From assembly GCF_000021805.1 (NCBI RefSeq), contig NC_011726.1, positions 2,510,097-2,574,096 of the forward strand: DNA of 64,000 nucleotides, in the 5' to 3' direction. This DNA comes from Rippkaea orientalis PCC 8801. GTDB taxonomy: Bacteria; Cyanobacteriota; Cyanobacteriia; Cyanobacteriales; Microcystaceae. The notes beneath the pieces are model-generated. The model made no database searches. It worked only from the letters and a program-made list of their open reading frames with translations, and had not been told where the DNA came from. Shown in pieces: positions 20,238-30,388 of this stretch (position 1 is its first letter; each line of letters begins with the position of its first letter). Position numbers and translations under genes: made by a program.

Positions 20238-21047
20238 ATGGTAGATCAACCCATAACACTCAAGAAAAAACTGAGTCATTATTTAGACGACTTTGACAGC
20301 CTTACAGGAATTATTATTAATTTAATAATTCTAGGGCTTATTTTACTATCTTTTCTAATCTTTGTTGTTGAAACTTATCCTATTTCAGAATCTTTATTAA
20401 TTCGCTTAAAACAACTAGACAAGATCATTCTTTTAGTTTTTACCTTAGAATATATTATTCGTTTTTGGTGTTCTGATAATAAATTAAGATTTTTATTTAG
20501 TTTTTTTTCTTGGATTGATTTACTCGCCATTGTTCCTCTATTTGTTGGATTTCTAGATATTCGTTACATTCTCATTATCCGTTGGTTCAGAATACTGAGA
20601 TTAATTCGATTAATTGAATTGGCTACTTTTTTATTAAAAATTAAAACTGAAGACGGCGTAATTTTAACTCGAATATTTTTGAGTTTATTATCGCTAGTTT
20701 TCATTTACTCTGGTGCTATTTATCAAATTGAACATCAAACTAATCCGCAGATTTTTGAAAACTTTTTTGATGCGTTATATTTTTCAATTGTTACCATGAC
20801 AACCGTTGGTTTTGGGGATGTTACTCCCCTTTCAGAAACAGGAAAATTTATCACCTTAATGATGATTATTTCAGGAATCATTTTAATTCCTTGGCAAATT
20901 AGTATCCTAACTCAACAACTTCTCAAAATTACCAATAAATCTACTAAACTCTGTTTTCATTGTGGACTAACTGTCCATGAACATGATGCTAATTTTTGTA
21001 AAATTTGTGGTGCAAAGCTAGAAAAGAAGCAGGAGATTATTAGTTAA
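20238..21047 (+). CDS. Voltage-gated-type K+ channel with C-terminal zinc-ribbon
   Basis: S4-like segment IRWFRILRLIRLIEL. Pore selectivity filter TTVGFGD. C-terminal CFHCG...CKICG zinc-ribbon. Confidence 0.8.
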   Translation: MVDQPITLKKKLSHYLDDFDSLTGIIINLIILGLILLSFLIFVVETYPISESLLIRLKQLDKIILLVFTLEYIIRFWCSDNKLRFLFSFFSWIDLLAIVPLFVGFLDIRYILIIRWFRILRLIRLIELATFLLKIKTEDGVILTRIFLSLLSLVFIYSGAIYQIEHQTNPQIFENFFDALYFSIVTMTTVGFGDVTPLSETGKFITLMMIISGIILIPWQISILTQQLLKITNKSTKLCFHCGLTVHEHDANFCKICGAKLEKKQEIIS

Positions 21048-21121
21048 AGATAGTATAATAAGTTAGGACACAAAATCCCCAATCAATAAATAACCGAATA
21101 ATTATTAGTAGGATTAGGATT

Positions 21122-21889
21122 ATGGAAACTGTCTTCCCCTATCTTGAAATTCCCGCAGAAAATCTTATTTATGATGATGGAGAACCCTTGGAAAGTAATC
21201 GTCACCGTATCGCAATGAACGTCTTAATTAGTTCAATTTATCAAAGCTTTGCTGATCGTCAAGATTTTTTCGCGGGTGGCAATATGTTCGTTTATTATAG
21301 TGCAACACAAAGAATGAATCGAGATTTTCGCGGTCCGGATTTTTTTGTTACCCTAAATGTGGATGGAAATCAAAGCCGAAAAGCTTGGGTTGTTTGGAAT
21401 GAAAATGGTCGCTATCCTGATGTTATTGTCGAGTTAATGTCGCCTTCAACAGCCGTGATAGATAAAACTATTAAAAAAGATCTGTATGAACAAATATTTA
21501 AAACCAAAGAATATTATATTTTTGATCCCTTTGAGTCTAATTCTTTACAAGGGTGGCGACTCGATGATCATCAACACTATCAAGAAATTATTCGGGATCA
21601 ACGCGGATGGTTATCATCAGAAACCCTAGAATTATATTTAGGAACATGGTACGGAACAATTCATCACGAAAGCGCAAGTTGGTTAAGATTTTATAATCAA
21701 GAAGGTCATTTGATTCTTTTACCAGAAGAAGCAGCACAACAACAAGCTGAAATAGCACAGCAACAAGCTGAAATGGCAAAACAACAGGCTAAAATGGCTG
21801 AAGAACGTGCAGAAACGGCTGAACAAAAGGCACAAAGGTTAGCTAACCGTTTACGAGAATTGGGAATTAATCCTGATGAAATTGAGTAA
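21122..21889 (+). CDS. Uma2-family (DUF820) putative endonuclease with C-terminal QQQAE coiled-coil repeats
   Basis: The Uma2 core resembles the other two paralogs in this window. C-terminal repeats QQQAEIAQQQAEMAKQQAKMAE. Confidence 0.7.
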   Translation: METVFPYLEIPAENLIYDDGEPLESNRHRIAMNVLISSIYQSFADRQDFFAGGNMFVYYSATQRMNRDFRGPDFFVTLNVDGNQSRKAWVVWNENGRYPDVIVELMSPSTAVIDKTIKKDLYEQIFKTKEYYIFDPFESNSLQGWRLDDHQHYQEIIRDQRGWLSSETLELYLGTWYGTIHHESASWLRFYNQEGHLILLPEEAAQQQAEIAQQQAEMAKQQAKMAEERAETAEQKAQRLANRLRELGINPDEIE

Positions 21890-21940
21890 GATCAACCCTT
21901 TTATTGGTAAAATAATGATTCAATTATCTCCCTAATTTTT

Positions 21941-22972
21941 ATGCACAAAATTCCCGTTACAGTGATTACTGGATTTCTAGGCGCAGGTAAAACAACCCTA
22001 GTTCGTCATCTCTTACAAAATAATCAAAAACGCCGTATTGCTGTCTTAGTTAATGAATTTGGAGAAGTAGGAATTGATGGGGAATTGCTCCGAGATTGTC
22101 AAATTTGTGATGAAGACGAAACCCCGAATAATAACATCATTGAATTGACAAATGGCTGTCTTTGTTGTACTGTTCAAGAGGAATTTTTTCCCACAATGCA
22201 GCAACTCTTAGAAAGACGAGAGAACCTAGATTGTATGTTAATTGAAACCTCTGGATTAGCCTTACCAAAACCCTTGCTTCAAGCCTTTCGTTGGCCAGAA
22301 ATTCGCAATGGTGCTACTGTTGATGGAGTGGTCACGGTGGTTGATACTCAGGCTTTAGCTGCGGGTACGTTAGTAGGAGATTTAACCGCTTTAGAAGCGC
22401 AAAGAAAAGCTGATCCTAACCTAGAACATGAAACCCCTATCGAAGAATTATTTGAAGATCAATTAGCTTGTGCTGACTTAGTTTTATTAACCAAAACTGA
22501 GTTAATTGAACCCTCCCAACTGACTAAAATTCAAGACTGGTTAAAACAAGAATTACGACCCGGAGTAAAAGTCATTCCTTGCCATAATGGTGTTATTAAT
22601 CCCGATATTTTATTAGGGTTTAATGCTGCCGTTGAAGATAATTTAGAGAGCCGTCCAAGCCATCATGATGAAGAAGAAGAACACGATCACGACGATGATA
22701 TTAACTCCGTTCAAGTGATTCTTGACCAACAATTTGAGCCACAAGCATTAATTGAAAAACTCAAAACCTTAGTTGAAACAACAGAGATTTATCGCATAAA
22801 AGGCTTTGTTAATGTTGCCAATAAACCCATGAGGTTAGTCTTACAAGGAGTTGGCGATCGCTTTGATACCTATTATGATCGTTTGTGGAAACCCGATGAA
22901 CTCCGTCAAACCCGTTTAGTGTTTATTGGTCGTCAGTTAATGTTAGACAACATTAAAGCTAAACTTGATTAG
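21941..22972 (+). CDS. COG0523 (CobW/ZigA/YeiR-like) GTPase metallochaperone
   Basis: P-loop GFLGAGKTT. GCLCCT motif. His/Asp/Glu-rich stretch HHDEEEEHDHDDD. Confidence 0.85.
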   Translation: MHKIPVTVITGFLGAGKTTLVRHLLQNNQKRRIAVLVNEFGEVGIDGELLRDCQICDEDETPNNNIIELTNGCLCCTVQEEFFPTMQQLLERRENLDCMLIETSGLALPKPLLQAFRWPEIRNGATVDGVVTVVDTQALAAGTLVGDLTALEAQRKADPNLEHETPIEELFEDQLACADLVLLTKTELIEPSQLTKIQDWLKQELRPGVKVIPCHNGVINPDILLGFNAAVEDNLESRPSHHDEEEEHDHDDDINSVQVILDQQFEPQALIEKLKTLVETTEIYRIKGFVNVANKPMRLVLQGVGDRFDTYYDRLWKPDELRQTRLVFIGRQLMLDNIKAKLD

Positions 22973-22982
22973 GGACAAGACT

Positions 22983-23443
22983 ATGATGAAACAAACCTTA
23001 TCATCAGGACAAAAATTATACGATCAAGACTACCAGCTATGACTAGAAACTACCTTAGACAACTTCGTCAAGGTCAATATTCTGGCGTAGATTGGGAGAC
23101 TTTATTAGAGGAAATTGAGGGGATGACGAGAAGTGATAAACGCGCTTTAAAAAGTCTCTTAACCGTCTATTTGAGCATTTTTTAAAATTAGCGTATTGGG
23201 AGTCAGAAAGACACTACAATCAAGGAGGATGGGAAAGAGAGATTCGTAACTTTCGCATTCAGATTAAACGATTATTAAAAGATAGTCCTAGCTTAAAGCC
23301 TTATTGAGCAGAAATTATAGACGAATATTATCAAGACTCTATCAATCTTACGAGCGATAATATGAGAGTTTCACCTAAAATATTTCCTACATATCCGATC
23401 GCTACCTTAGAACAAATTTTAGACGAAAATTGGCTGCCTTAGA
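22983..23443 (+). pseudogene. Degraded DUF29-family gene with multiple frameshifts and nonsense codons
   Basis: Three reading frames each carry consecutive pieces of one DUF29-like protein: MMKQTLSSGQKLYDQDYQL*, then ..LRQLRQGQYSGVDWETLLEEIEGMTRSDKRALKSLLTVYLS.., then FEHFLKLAYWESERHYNQGGWEREIRNFRIQIKRLLKDSPSLKPY*AEIIDEYYQDS...EQILDENWLP. At least 2 frame changes and 2 internal stops are needed to join them. Confidence 0.6.
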
Positions 23444-23492
23444 ATACTGCTGAACGTTAAGGTGGGCTGTGCCCACCCTACCGAAAGCTCCT

Positions 23493-24044
23493 TTAGTTTC
23501 CGTTGCCAACAAAGGCTAAGGTTAAGCTGTCGCTGACTAAGAAATGATCTAGGTGATACGCCCGTTCTTCCGTTTTCAGCAAAATCTGCTCATAAAGGTA
23601 ACGAGTGGCTCTATCCCCTAAGCTTTCAGCTTGGGCAGCTTGTTTGCGTAAAAGCTTGATAATCGCTTGTTCACCTGCTAAATCGTGTTCTACCATGGTG
23701 CGGCAATCATAAGCTCCATCCATTTCCGGCTCAAAGCAGCACAATTCAGCTAATTTGCTGAAACTCGCTACCGGAATGCCGCCTAAACCATTCAAGCGTT
23801 CCGCGAGATCGTGAACGTGGCCGCGAACCTCATCGTAGCTTTCATTGAAAAATTCGTGCAAGGAGTAAAATTCCGACCCTTCCACGACAAAATGGTGTTT
23901 TTCGTATTGGAGGTATAGCCCTTGAAAACTGGCTATTACCATGTTTAATCCTTCACAGACGGGGACAGTAACGCTCTTATCGAGTAAAACAGCGTTGTCT
24001 CCCACTTCTCCAAAAGCACGCACTAAACCTTGGACGGTTGCCAT
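23493..24044 (-). CDS. dps: Dps-family ferritin-like DNA-binding protein
   Basis: 183 aa with ferritin-like ferroxidase-centre residues (HE..., DE... spacing). Typical Dps length. Confidence 0.75.
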   Translation of the reverse strand: MATVQGLVRAFGEVGDNAVLLDKSVTVPVCEGLNMVIASFQGLYLQYEKHHFVVEGSEFYSLHEFFNESYDEVRGHVHDLAERLNGLGGIPVASFSKLAELCCFEPEMDGAYDCRTMVEHDLAGEQAIIKLLRKQAAQAESLGDRATRYLYEQILLKTEERAYHLDHFLVSDSLTLAFVGNGN

Positions 24045-24395
24045 GTTGGTTTCCCCTTCGTTAATTCATACCGTATAGTTCATAAAAACTAAGTCAACGC
24101 TGACTAGCTTTTAGTTTTGTCGATCCTATCCGAACTGGGTGAACAACAACACCCTTAATCTCAATAGTGAGAAACAGTTAGGACTGCTTATTTAATAAAG
24201 TAACGCATTTTAGCAACAATTTATCGAGACCCCCCTTAATGTTCTACAAAACTTTATCTTTGGTTTGTCCAGCACGATCAAGGCTTCTTGACCCTTCCTA
24301 CTGAGAATCTTTTTTGATATACTTGAGAATAATTAGCAGTTAGAGGGTATACTAAGTAAGGAAACCATGACAATCTCACTCAACTCCTAAAGCCA

Positions 24396-24647
24396 ATGAA
24401 TTCCGCGAACCTCCCCCTAAAATCCAGTCAAATCGTGCAAGTTCCTTGGAACGATCGCTGGACTGTTTATCACCGCCTTCAAGAATTAGGGATTTCCTGT
24501 TATTGCTCAAGCAATCAACCCCTAGAAGTTCAGCTTTCAAGTCCTACTGCTGTGATTCAGCTTTGGAGTGTAGTCAAACACTGTTCGTCCTCCCGTCAAG
24601 AGTTGATCCAATGGCTACAAACTTGTTGGGACTTAAAGAAGACTTAA
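24396..24647 (+). CDS. Small conserved cyanobacterial hypothetical protein
   Basis: 83-aa ORF. The motif VQVPWNDRWTVYHRLQELGI...IQLWSVV...RQELIQWL resembles a small protein family widespread in cyanobacteria. An alternative-frame ORF at 24446 is considered less likely. Confidence 0.45.
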   Translation: MNSANLPLKSSQIVQVPWNDRWTVYHRLQELGISCYCSSNQPLEVQLSSPTAVIQLWSVVKHCSSSRQELIQWLQTCWDLKKT

Positions 24648-24693
24648 TTTATCAACTATAGAATCAAACCAACTCGCTCACTAACTAAAAATT

Positions 24694-25242
24694 ATGTCAA
24701 ATTCTACTGCGATCGCTCCTTTCCGTCTCGTCGGACAGCTAGAAAGCTTTGTCATGAAAGATGGCGACAAGGTTAAATATTTACGGGTTAGCGTTACCCC
24801 ACGAGAGTTTTGGGTGAAAATCCCTAAACAACTACGTCAAGCTCTGTCTCCTCATCTCACCCCCGGTGTTTGGGTGGAAGTTCAGGGAACGCGAGAAACA
24901 AAGGGTAAAATGGGGGAGTTTAAACTCAAAGCCAACAGAATCCAGCAATTAACCCAACCTGAATCTCCTTATGTCATTATTTTGCCCGAAAATACCGATA
25001 AAAAACGAATTTTAGTTTGTCAAAAATCCAGTTGTTGGAAACGAGGAGGAGAAACCCTTTGTCAGCAATTAGAGACTAAATTATGCGATCGCGGGTTAGG
25101 CGATCAGGTTGAGATTAAGTTAACGGGATGTCTTAAACAATGCAAGAATGGACCTAATGTTGTTGTTTTACCCGATAAAGCGCGTTATAGTCAAGTTCAT
25201 CCTCGACAAGTAGATAAATTATTAGAAAAGCATTTTAAATAA
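24694..25242 (+). CDS. Protein with C-terminal thioredoxin-like [2Fe-2S] ferredoxin domain
   Basis: Four Cys in the pattern CQKSSCW ... GCLKQCKNGPNVVVLP, typical of NuoE/thioredoxin-like ferredoxins. Confidence 0.6.
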   Translation: MSNSTAIAPFRLVGQLESFVMKDGDKVKYLRVSVTPREFWVKIPKQLRQALSPHLTPGVWVEVQGTRETKGKMGEFKLKANRIQQLTQPESPYVIILPENTDKKRILVCQKSSCWKRGGETLCQQLETKLCDRGLGDQVEIKLTGCLKQCKNGPNVVVLPDKARYSQVHPRQVDKLLEKHFK

Positions 25243-25298
25243 GAATAAATAATCGAGATATCAACAATGGACAATCATTCATTGTCCATTGTTTATTG

Positions 25299-25862
25299 TT
25301 AATGGATAATTAGCCCTTCAACTAAAATCTTAGTCCCAATACCTATTAACGTTATTCCGCCCAAAATCTCTAATTTTTGATTGAAAATACTCCCAAATTT
25401 ATGCCCAATAAAAACCCCAATAAACGACAGAGAAAAGGTAATTGAGGCAATTAAAGTACAAGCCAGCAAAATAGAAACTCGTAAGACAGAGAGTCCTAAA
25501 CCTGCTGCCAAAGCATCAATACTCGTAGCAATAGCAAGGGCAAACAAGGTATAATTATCTAAGGGATTAAACTTTTTATTTTCCTCTTCATCTTGACAAG
25601 CTTCATAGATCATTTTTCCACCAATAGCTGCTAATAATATAAAGGCAATCCAATGATCAAAATTAGCTAAAGCATCTCTAAAAGTTAATCCTGTTAGCCA
25701 ACCAATCAACGGCATGACTCCTTGAAAAATACCAAAAAATAGAGCGATTTTGAGAGCTTTATTAAATTTAATATGTTTAATAATAAAACCACTACTTAAA
25801 GAAACAGCAAAAGCATCAATTGCTAAGCCGATAGAAAGGAAAGTCGTGTTTAACAAATCCAT
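25299..25862 (-). CDS. mntP: Manganese efflux pump MntP (DUF204)
   Basis: 187 aa. N-terminal LSIGLAIDAFAVSL repeated as a second DUF204 half (LAIATSIDALAAGL). Confidence 0.85.
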   Translation of the reverse strand: MDLLNTTFLSIGLAIDAFAVSLSSGFIIKHIKFNKALKIALFFGIFQGVMPLIGWLTGLTFRDALANFDHWIAFILLAAIGGKMIYEACQDEEENKKFNPLDNYTLFALAIATSIDALAAGLGLSVLRVSILLACTLIASITFSLSFIGVFIGHKFGSIFNQKLEILGGITLIGIGTKILVEGLIIH

Positions 25863-26130
25863 TGAGCGATTAATTTATTGATTTTTAGTCATTTTACTTC
25901 TGTTATCATAACTGATTTTCTTGAATAATATTTTCATTTTTGTTTCATTTTTGCTTCATCTTTTTCTCAAAATTAATTAAGAAAAATTGATGGTTGATAA
26001 ATTCAAAGAGTCTAGTGTAAGGATGATTGATACCCACTTACTTAATAAATTGTTAGATTTAAGGAGCGAACATTAGCAGTATGCTGGTAATAGACAGAGC
26101 TAATGGTCGTTAATAATCGAGTTTCAATCA

Positions 26131-26982
26131 ATGCTAGACAAAATTTTATACGCGGATTCAGGAACGGGACACACTCAGGAAATGCTCAAAGTCTTGATGG
26201 ATCTCCCTGCCATCAAAAAAGCTCAGTTAAACATCCTCCATGTTGTCCCCCCCCAGATTACCACCGAGGCGATCGCGGCTAAATGGGAAGAAGGAGGTAA
26301 AGTGATCGCGGGTATCCTAGATAATCTTTCCCTTAACCCTAGTCAAGTCTCCACCATGTTACGTCAAGGTGAACCTAAAGATACCGTCTGTCAAGTCGCA
26401 GACGAAATCAACGCCGATTTAATCATCATGGGGTCACGGGGACTCAAACGTCTCGAAGCGATTTTAGAAAATTCCGTTAGTCAATACGTCTTCCAACTAA
26501 CTAACCACGCGATGTTATTGGTTAAAGATGATATTTACGTCAAAAAAATCAAACGGATCATGGTTGCGCTCGATAAATCATCAGCAGCCGAATACGCCCT
26601 TGATTTAGCCTTGTATTTGCTGCGAGACTATCCTGAAGGCGAATTAATTCTAGCACGAGTTAACCCCGATTTAAAACCGGAATTACTTCCGCTTCCTAAA
26701 GCTGAAATGGAAAATAATCCCGTTTTAGTCCCTGCCATTGCTAAAGCTAAGCGGATGGGAGTTCGTTATCGCTGTGCGGTTACGGGAGGTAAACCTGGAG
26801 AACAAATTTGTCAGTTAGCGGATGAATATAACGTAGATTTGTTGATGCTAGGATCGCCCGATCGCCGTCCTTCTGTTGCTAAGGGATTACCCGATCTTGA
26901 TCGCCTTTTGGGAACATCTTTGTCCGATTACGTCAGGGTTAATGCTAATTGTCCTGTCTTATTAAGCCGTAAAGAAGTCTAA
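26131..26982 (+). CDS. Universal stress protein with tandem UspA domains
   Basis: Two UspA-like halves, each ending in the ...GS(R/P)...G motif (MGSRGLKRLE; LGSPDRR). Confidence 0.8.
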   Translation: MLDKILYADSGTGHTQEMLKVLMDLPAIKKAQLNILHVVPPQITTEAIAAKWEEGGKVIAGILDNLSLNPSQVSTMLRQGEPKDTVCQVADEINADLIIMGSRGLKRLEAILENSVSQYVFQLTNHAMLLVKDDIYVKKIKRIMVALDKSSAAEYALDLALYLLRDYPEGELILARVNPDLKPELLPLPKAEMENNPVLVPAIAKAKRMGVRYRCAVTGGKPGEQICQLADEYNVDLLMLGSPDRRPSVAKGLPDLDRLLGTSLSDYVRVNANCPVLLSRKEV

Positions 26983-27128
26983 GATAACTTATCAGTAAAA
27001 AGACGCTAGGGTGGCAAATCAGAGATTGATCTGGACTACTCGTAAAGTAGAAAACTTTGCCACCCTAAAAAACTGGTTTTTAATGTTCCTTTAACAAACA
27101 GTCTCTAGGATAACTTATCAGTAAAAAG
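26977..27128. repeat. Small structured element: 20-bp direct repeats flanking an 11-bp-stem hairpin
   Basis: The sequence gataacttatcagtaaaaag occurs at 26983-27002 and at 27109-27128. Between the copies, agggtggcaaa (27008-27018) pairs perfectly with tttgccaccct (27056-27066). A nested ctact/agtag hairpin is also present. Confidence 0.45.
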
Positions 27129-27174
27129 TAAGGGTCAACGGCCGTTGATCCACACTATAGCTGTTATAGATTGA

Positions 27175-29157
27175 TTAATTGTTGTTCTCAGTTAGTCTAA
27201 TTTTTAGTTTATAATTAACGGGTTGATTCGCCTTAGAAACCACTGTCAACTCATAATAACCCGTCTCAGGAAGTGTTCCCGACCATTGATGTTGTGTCGA
27301 ATCTTCGAGTAAATTATTATTTCCTGTTGGAGAATAAATTGACAGCAATAGGTCTTGATTTCCTGATAGTTCAACCTCTAAAGATTGCTCAGCATTCATT
27401 TCCACAACATAGGCTTTTCCTTCTCCTGGTTGTAGGGTTGCTTCGCGGTCTATTGTATTCCCTTCCCCTGTCATAAAAATCAGCTTTTCATAATTAGAAC
27501 CGGATTGTAAAGCGGTTAAAGTATCTGCAACAATTCCATTCCAAAGTTGACCAAGAGGTTCCCCCATAAAAGATTGATTTTCCCATTCAGGAAAAACGGT
27601 AAAAAAGCGAGCATCAACTAAATCATAAAGAGCCCTACTACTTAAATTTAAGTTATTAACTTTTTGCTTCCAAATCTCTAGCTGATCTTCGCTATAACTT
27701 CCCATCTGTTCAACGGCTTCTCGACTTAAAGATTCTAAAAAATTAAGCAAATTAGTAGCAATTTCATCCCATTTTTCTCGCCAAGGTTGATCCTCAGACG
27801 TACTACTCAAAGAACGACCTTTTTGTTCAGGATATTTATTCCAAAAAAGCTCATCAACCAAACTAACAAAAAAAGAATAATCTAGACCTAAATCTTGACG
27901 GCGACGACGCAATTCATTTTTACGGTCTAACTCTGCATCACTGATTTGAGAAGGATTATTCTGAGTTGGCTGATCAGTAAAAACCTGAGAATTACTACCT
28001 TCATTATTTTGTAAAACCTGCGTTATCCAGGCTTTTCCTGCCAACCATCCTACTATCCCTGACCCTAAAATTAAGAGAGAAATAAAAATTAGTTTACCTA
28101 AACATCCGCTAAGAGAATTTTTACGAGAACTGGTCGTTAATGCCATATTGGTATCAGGATCAGATAAAGGGAGAGTAATCATTGCTTCATCATAAGAAGC
28201 CGGGGAAATGTTAGGGTTTTTACTACCAGAAACAACCTTTATGGTTGGTTGAGTAGCAACCGTTTCAGCAACTTGAACAGAAGAAGATTGAACAGGAGAA
28301 AGCGTCAGAGCTTCGAGAACATCTTGGGCGCAATTGTAACGCTCTTGGGGGTTTTTTGCCAACATTTTCCTGAGAATATCAGTTAAGGCTAAACTGACAG
28401 AAATTTGCTCAGGCCAATTCCAATTTGAAGTGTGAGGATCAATCAAGGAGAAGGGTTCTTGACCTGTTAGTAAAACTAAAGCGGTGGCTGCTAACCCATA
28501 CAAATCACTATGGGCACTGACGAGTCCCATCGTAATCTGTTCCTGGGGAGCATAACCAATTTGGCCAATTTGAGTGATTTGACCAGAAAACGGTTGAGAT
28601 TGCTTAAAAAAGTTATTAGCAATGACAGACAGTTGTTTAACACTGCCAAAATCAATTAATACTGGCAGCCCATCGGAACTGCGATAGATAATATTATCTG
28701 GTGTAATATCCCGATGAATAATGTTTTGATCGTGAAGATATTGGAGAACAGGTAATAACTGTAACAGGAATTGAATAACTTCTGCTTCACTAAAGCAAGA
28801 CCCTCGACTTAAACGATGATTTAATAGCTCTCGGTAAGAGGTTCCAGTGATATAATCTTGAACTAAAAATAATCCTCTTGTGTGATTTTCCTCAACCATA
28901 AACAATTCATGAAATCGAGGAATTTGCGGATGATTAAGGGTATAAAGAACCTTCGCTTTGCGTTGAAACAATTCTTCGGTTTTCTTCAAAGCACCCGGAT
29001 CATTAACTTGAGGAGCAAATTCTTGTAGTAGACAAAGTTCATCAAAACGATGGCTATCTTTCGCTAAATAGGTACGTCCTAATTTTCCCTGTCCGAGAGA
29101 ACGTAGGATACGATAGCGATGGTTAATGGTGTCTCTAGGTTTGAGCCAAGAATCCAT
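27175..29157 (-). CDS. Ser/Thr protein kinase with C-terminal extracytoplasmic domain
   Basis: Kinase subdomains are recognisable: GQGKLGRTY, HRDITPDNII, DFG. A TM segment lies at mid-protein. Confidence 0.85.
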   Translation of the reverse strand: MDSWLKPRDTINHRYRILRSLGQGKLGRTYLAKDSHRFDELCLLQEFAPQVNDPGALKKTEELFQRKAKVLYTLNHPQIPRFHELFMVEENHTRGLFLVQDYITGTSYRELLNHRLSRGSCFSEAEVIQFLLQLLPVLQYLHDQNIIHRDITPDNIIYRSSDGLPVLIDFGSVKQLSVIANNFFKQSQPFSGQITQIGQIGYAPQEQITMGLVSAHSDLYGLAATALVLLTGQEPFSLIDPHTSNWNWPEQISVSLALTDILRKMLAKNPQERYNCAQDVLEALTLSPVQSSSVQVAETVATQPTIKVVSGSKNPNISPASYDEAMITLPLSDPDTNMALTTSSRKNSLSGCLGKLIFISLLILGSGIVGWLAGKAWITQVLQNNEGSNSQVFTDQPTQNNPSQISDAELDRKNELRRRRQDLGLDYSFFVSLVDELFWNKYPEQKGRSLSSTSEDQPWREKWDEIATNLLNFLESLSREAVEQMGSYSEDQLEIWKQKVNNLNLSSRALYDLVDARFFTVFPEWENQSFMGEPLGQLWNGIVADTLTALQSGSNYEKLIFMTGEGNTIDREATLQPGEGKAYVVEMNAEQSLEVELSGNQDLLLSIYSPTGNNNLLEDSTQHQWSGTLPETGYYELTVVSKANQPVNYKLKIRLTENNN

Positions 29158-29268
29158 GAAAGGGTTGTCGTCAATTGATCAATTGGGATTAACCCTTCAT
29201 TGTAATCTAATTGGCTCACGGGATAGGAAACCTGTTAAAGTGTAGGGTATTGATAGAAAATTTTAAAA

Positions 29269-29643
29269 ATGACAGATCCTAAAAATGTCCTAGGGACAGC
29301 ATTAACCCTATGTTGTACTTCTCCCCTAACGGGATATTATCGTGATGGCTATTGTCGCACGGGAGGACAAGATTATGGCGCGCACGTCGTCTGTGCTCAA
29401 GTTACCTCGGAATTTCTTGAGTTTACGCGATCGCGGGGTAATGATTTGACTACCCCTATGCCTCAGTTTAATTTTCCAGGGTTAAAACCAGGCGATCGCT
29501 GGTGTTTATGTGCGGCTCGTTGGCAAGAAGCACTTGATGCAGGGGTTGCTCCTCCTGTAATCCTAGAATCAACCCATGCGCGAGCTCTCGAAGTTGTCAA
29601 CTTTGAACAACTCAAAGAATATGCTTTGAAAATAGGGGATTAG
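29269..29643 (+). CDS. DUF2237 family protein
   Basis: 124 aa. Cys-rich conserved pattern LCCTSPLTGYYRDGYCRTG...WCLCAARW. Confidence 0.65.
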   Translation: MTDPKNVLGTALTLCCTSPLTGYYRDGYCRTGGQDYGAHVVCAQVTSEFLEFTRSRGNDLTTPMPQFNFPGLKPGDRWCLCAARWQEALDAGVAPPVILESTHARALEVVNFEQLKEYALKIGD

Positions 29644-29753
29644 TCTAGGGTGCGTTAGACTGCTAGAATCTTGACTTTGACTAGGATTTAACAATCCATC
29701 GTAACGCACCTGAACCTATGAATATTAGCGCGTTACGGCATGATAAACAGTTT

Positions 29754-30272
29754 CTAAAGCTTAGCTTCAAGGGATTTGAGATATTCGGTATTGACTCTCG
29801 ATTCGCGGACTAGGGCAATTTTTCCCGTACGAGCCACCTCTCGAATGCCAAACTTATTTAACATTTGAACAATGGCTACCATTTTACCCGGATCACCGAC
29901 GACTTCGACAGTAACCGTTTCTTCAGAAATATCAACAATTCTTGCTCGGAAAACCTGAACTAATTCGATGACTTCAGCACGGTTGGCGGCTGACGCATTG
30001 ACTTTGATTAGCATCAATTCCCGTTCTACACAAGGCGTTTGAGTAATATCATTTACCTTAAGCACATTGATTAGTTTGTAGAGTTGTTTGGTCAACTGTT
30101 CAATCGTATCATCATCCCCCGGAACCACCATGGTAATGCGAGAGACTCCCACTGTCTCAGCCGGGCCTACGGCTAAACTTTCAATATTAAAACCACGACG
30201 GGCAAATAATCCGGCAATTCGGGTTAAAACTCCGGCTTCATCTTCAACTAAAACAGAGAGTGTATGCTTCAT
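29754..30272 (-). CDS. ilvH: Acetolactate synthase small (regulatory) subunit
   Basis: 172 aa. ACT domain N-terminus [33 protein letters not shown]. Confidence 0.85.
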   Translation of the reverse strand: MKHTLSVLVEDEAGVLTRIAGLFARRGFNIESLAVGPAETVGVSRITMVVPGDDDTIEQLTKQLYKLINVLKVNDITQTPCVERELMLIKVNASAANRAEVIELVQVFRARIVDISEETVTVEVVGDPGKMVAIVQMLNKFGIREVARTGKIALVRESRVNTEYLKSLEAKL

Positions 30273-30388
30273 TCCGAGTAATCGTCTATTCCTGGAAACC
30301 TTTAGCCTGATTACGGCTTTTTCTTGTTATTGTTACTTCCAAACTTTCATTATATCATAGCGATCGCCTATTTTAAAAAAATTTTGGT

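Noticed and set aside
23461-23477. ggtgggc-tgt-gcccacc hairpin as a bidirectional terminator between the DUF29 pseudogene and dps
   Set aside because: No U-run follows on either strand. I left it as a plain hairpin.
24446-24661. Alternative-frame 71-aa ORF overlapping the 24396 ORF
   Set aside because: The 24396 frame carries the conserved-looking motif. This frame looks like an overlap artefact.
25863-26130. Possible yybP-ykoY Mn riboswitch upstream of mntP
   Set aside because: I read the mntP leader on the coding strand. It is AT-rich with no GGAGAGUAG-like or other conserved riboswitch core. Nothing supports it.
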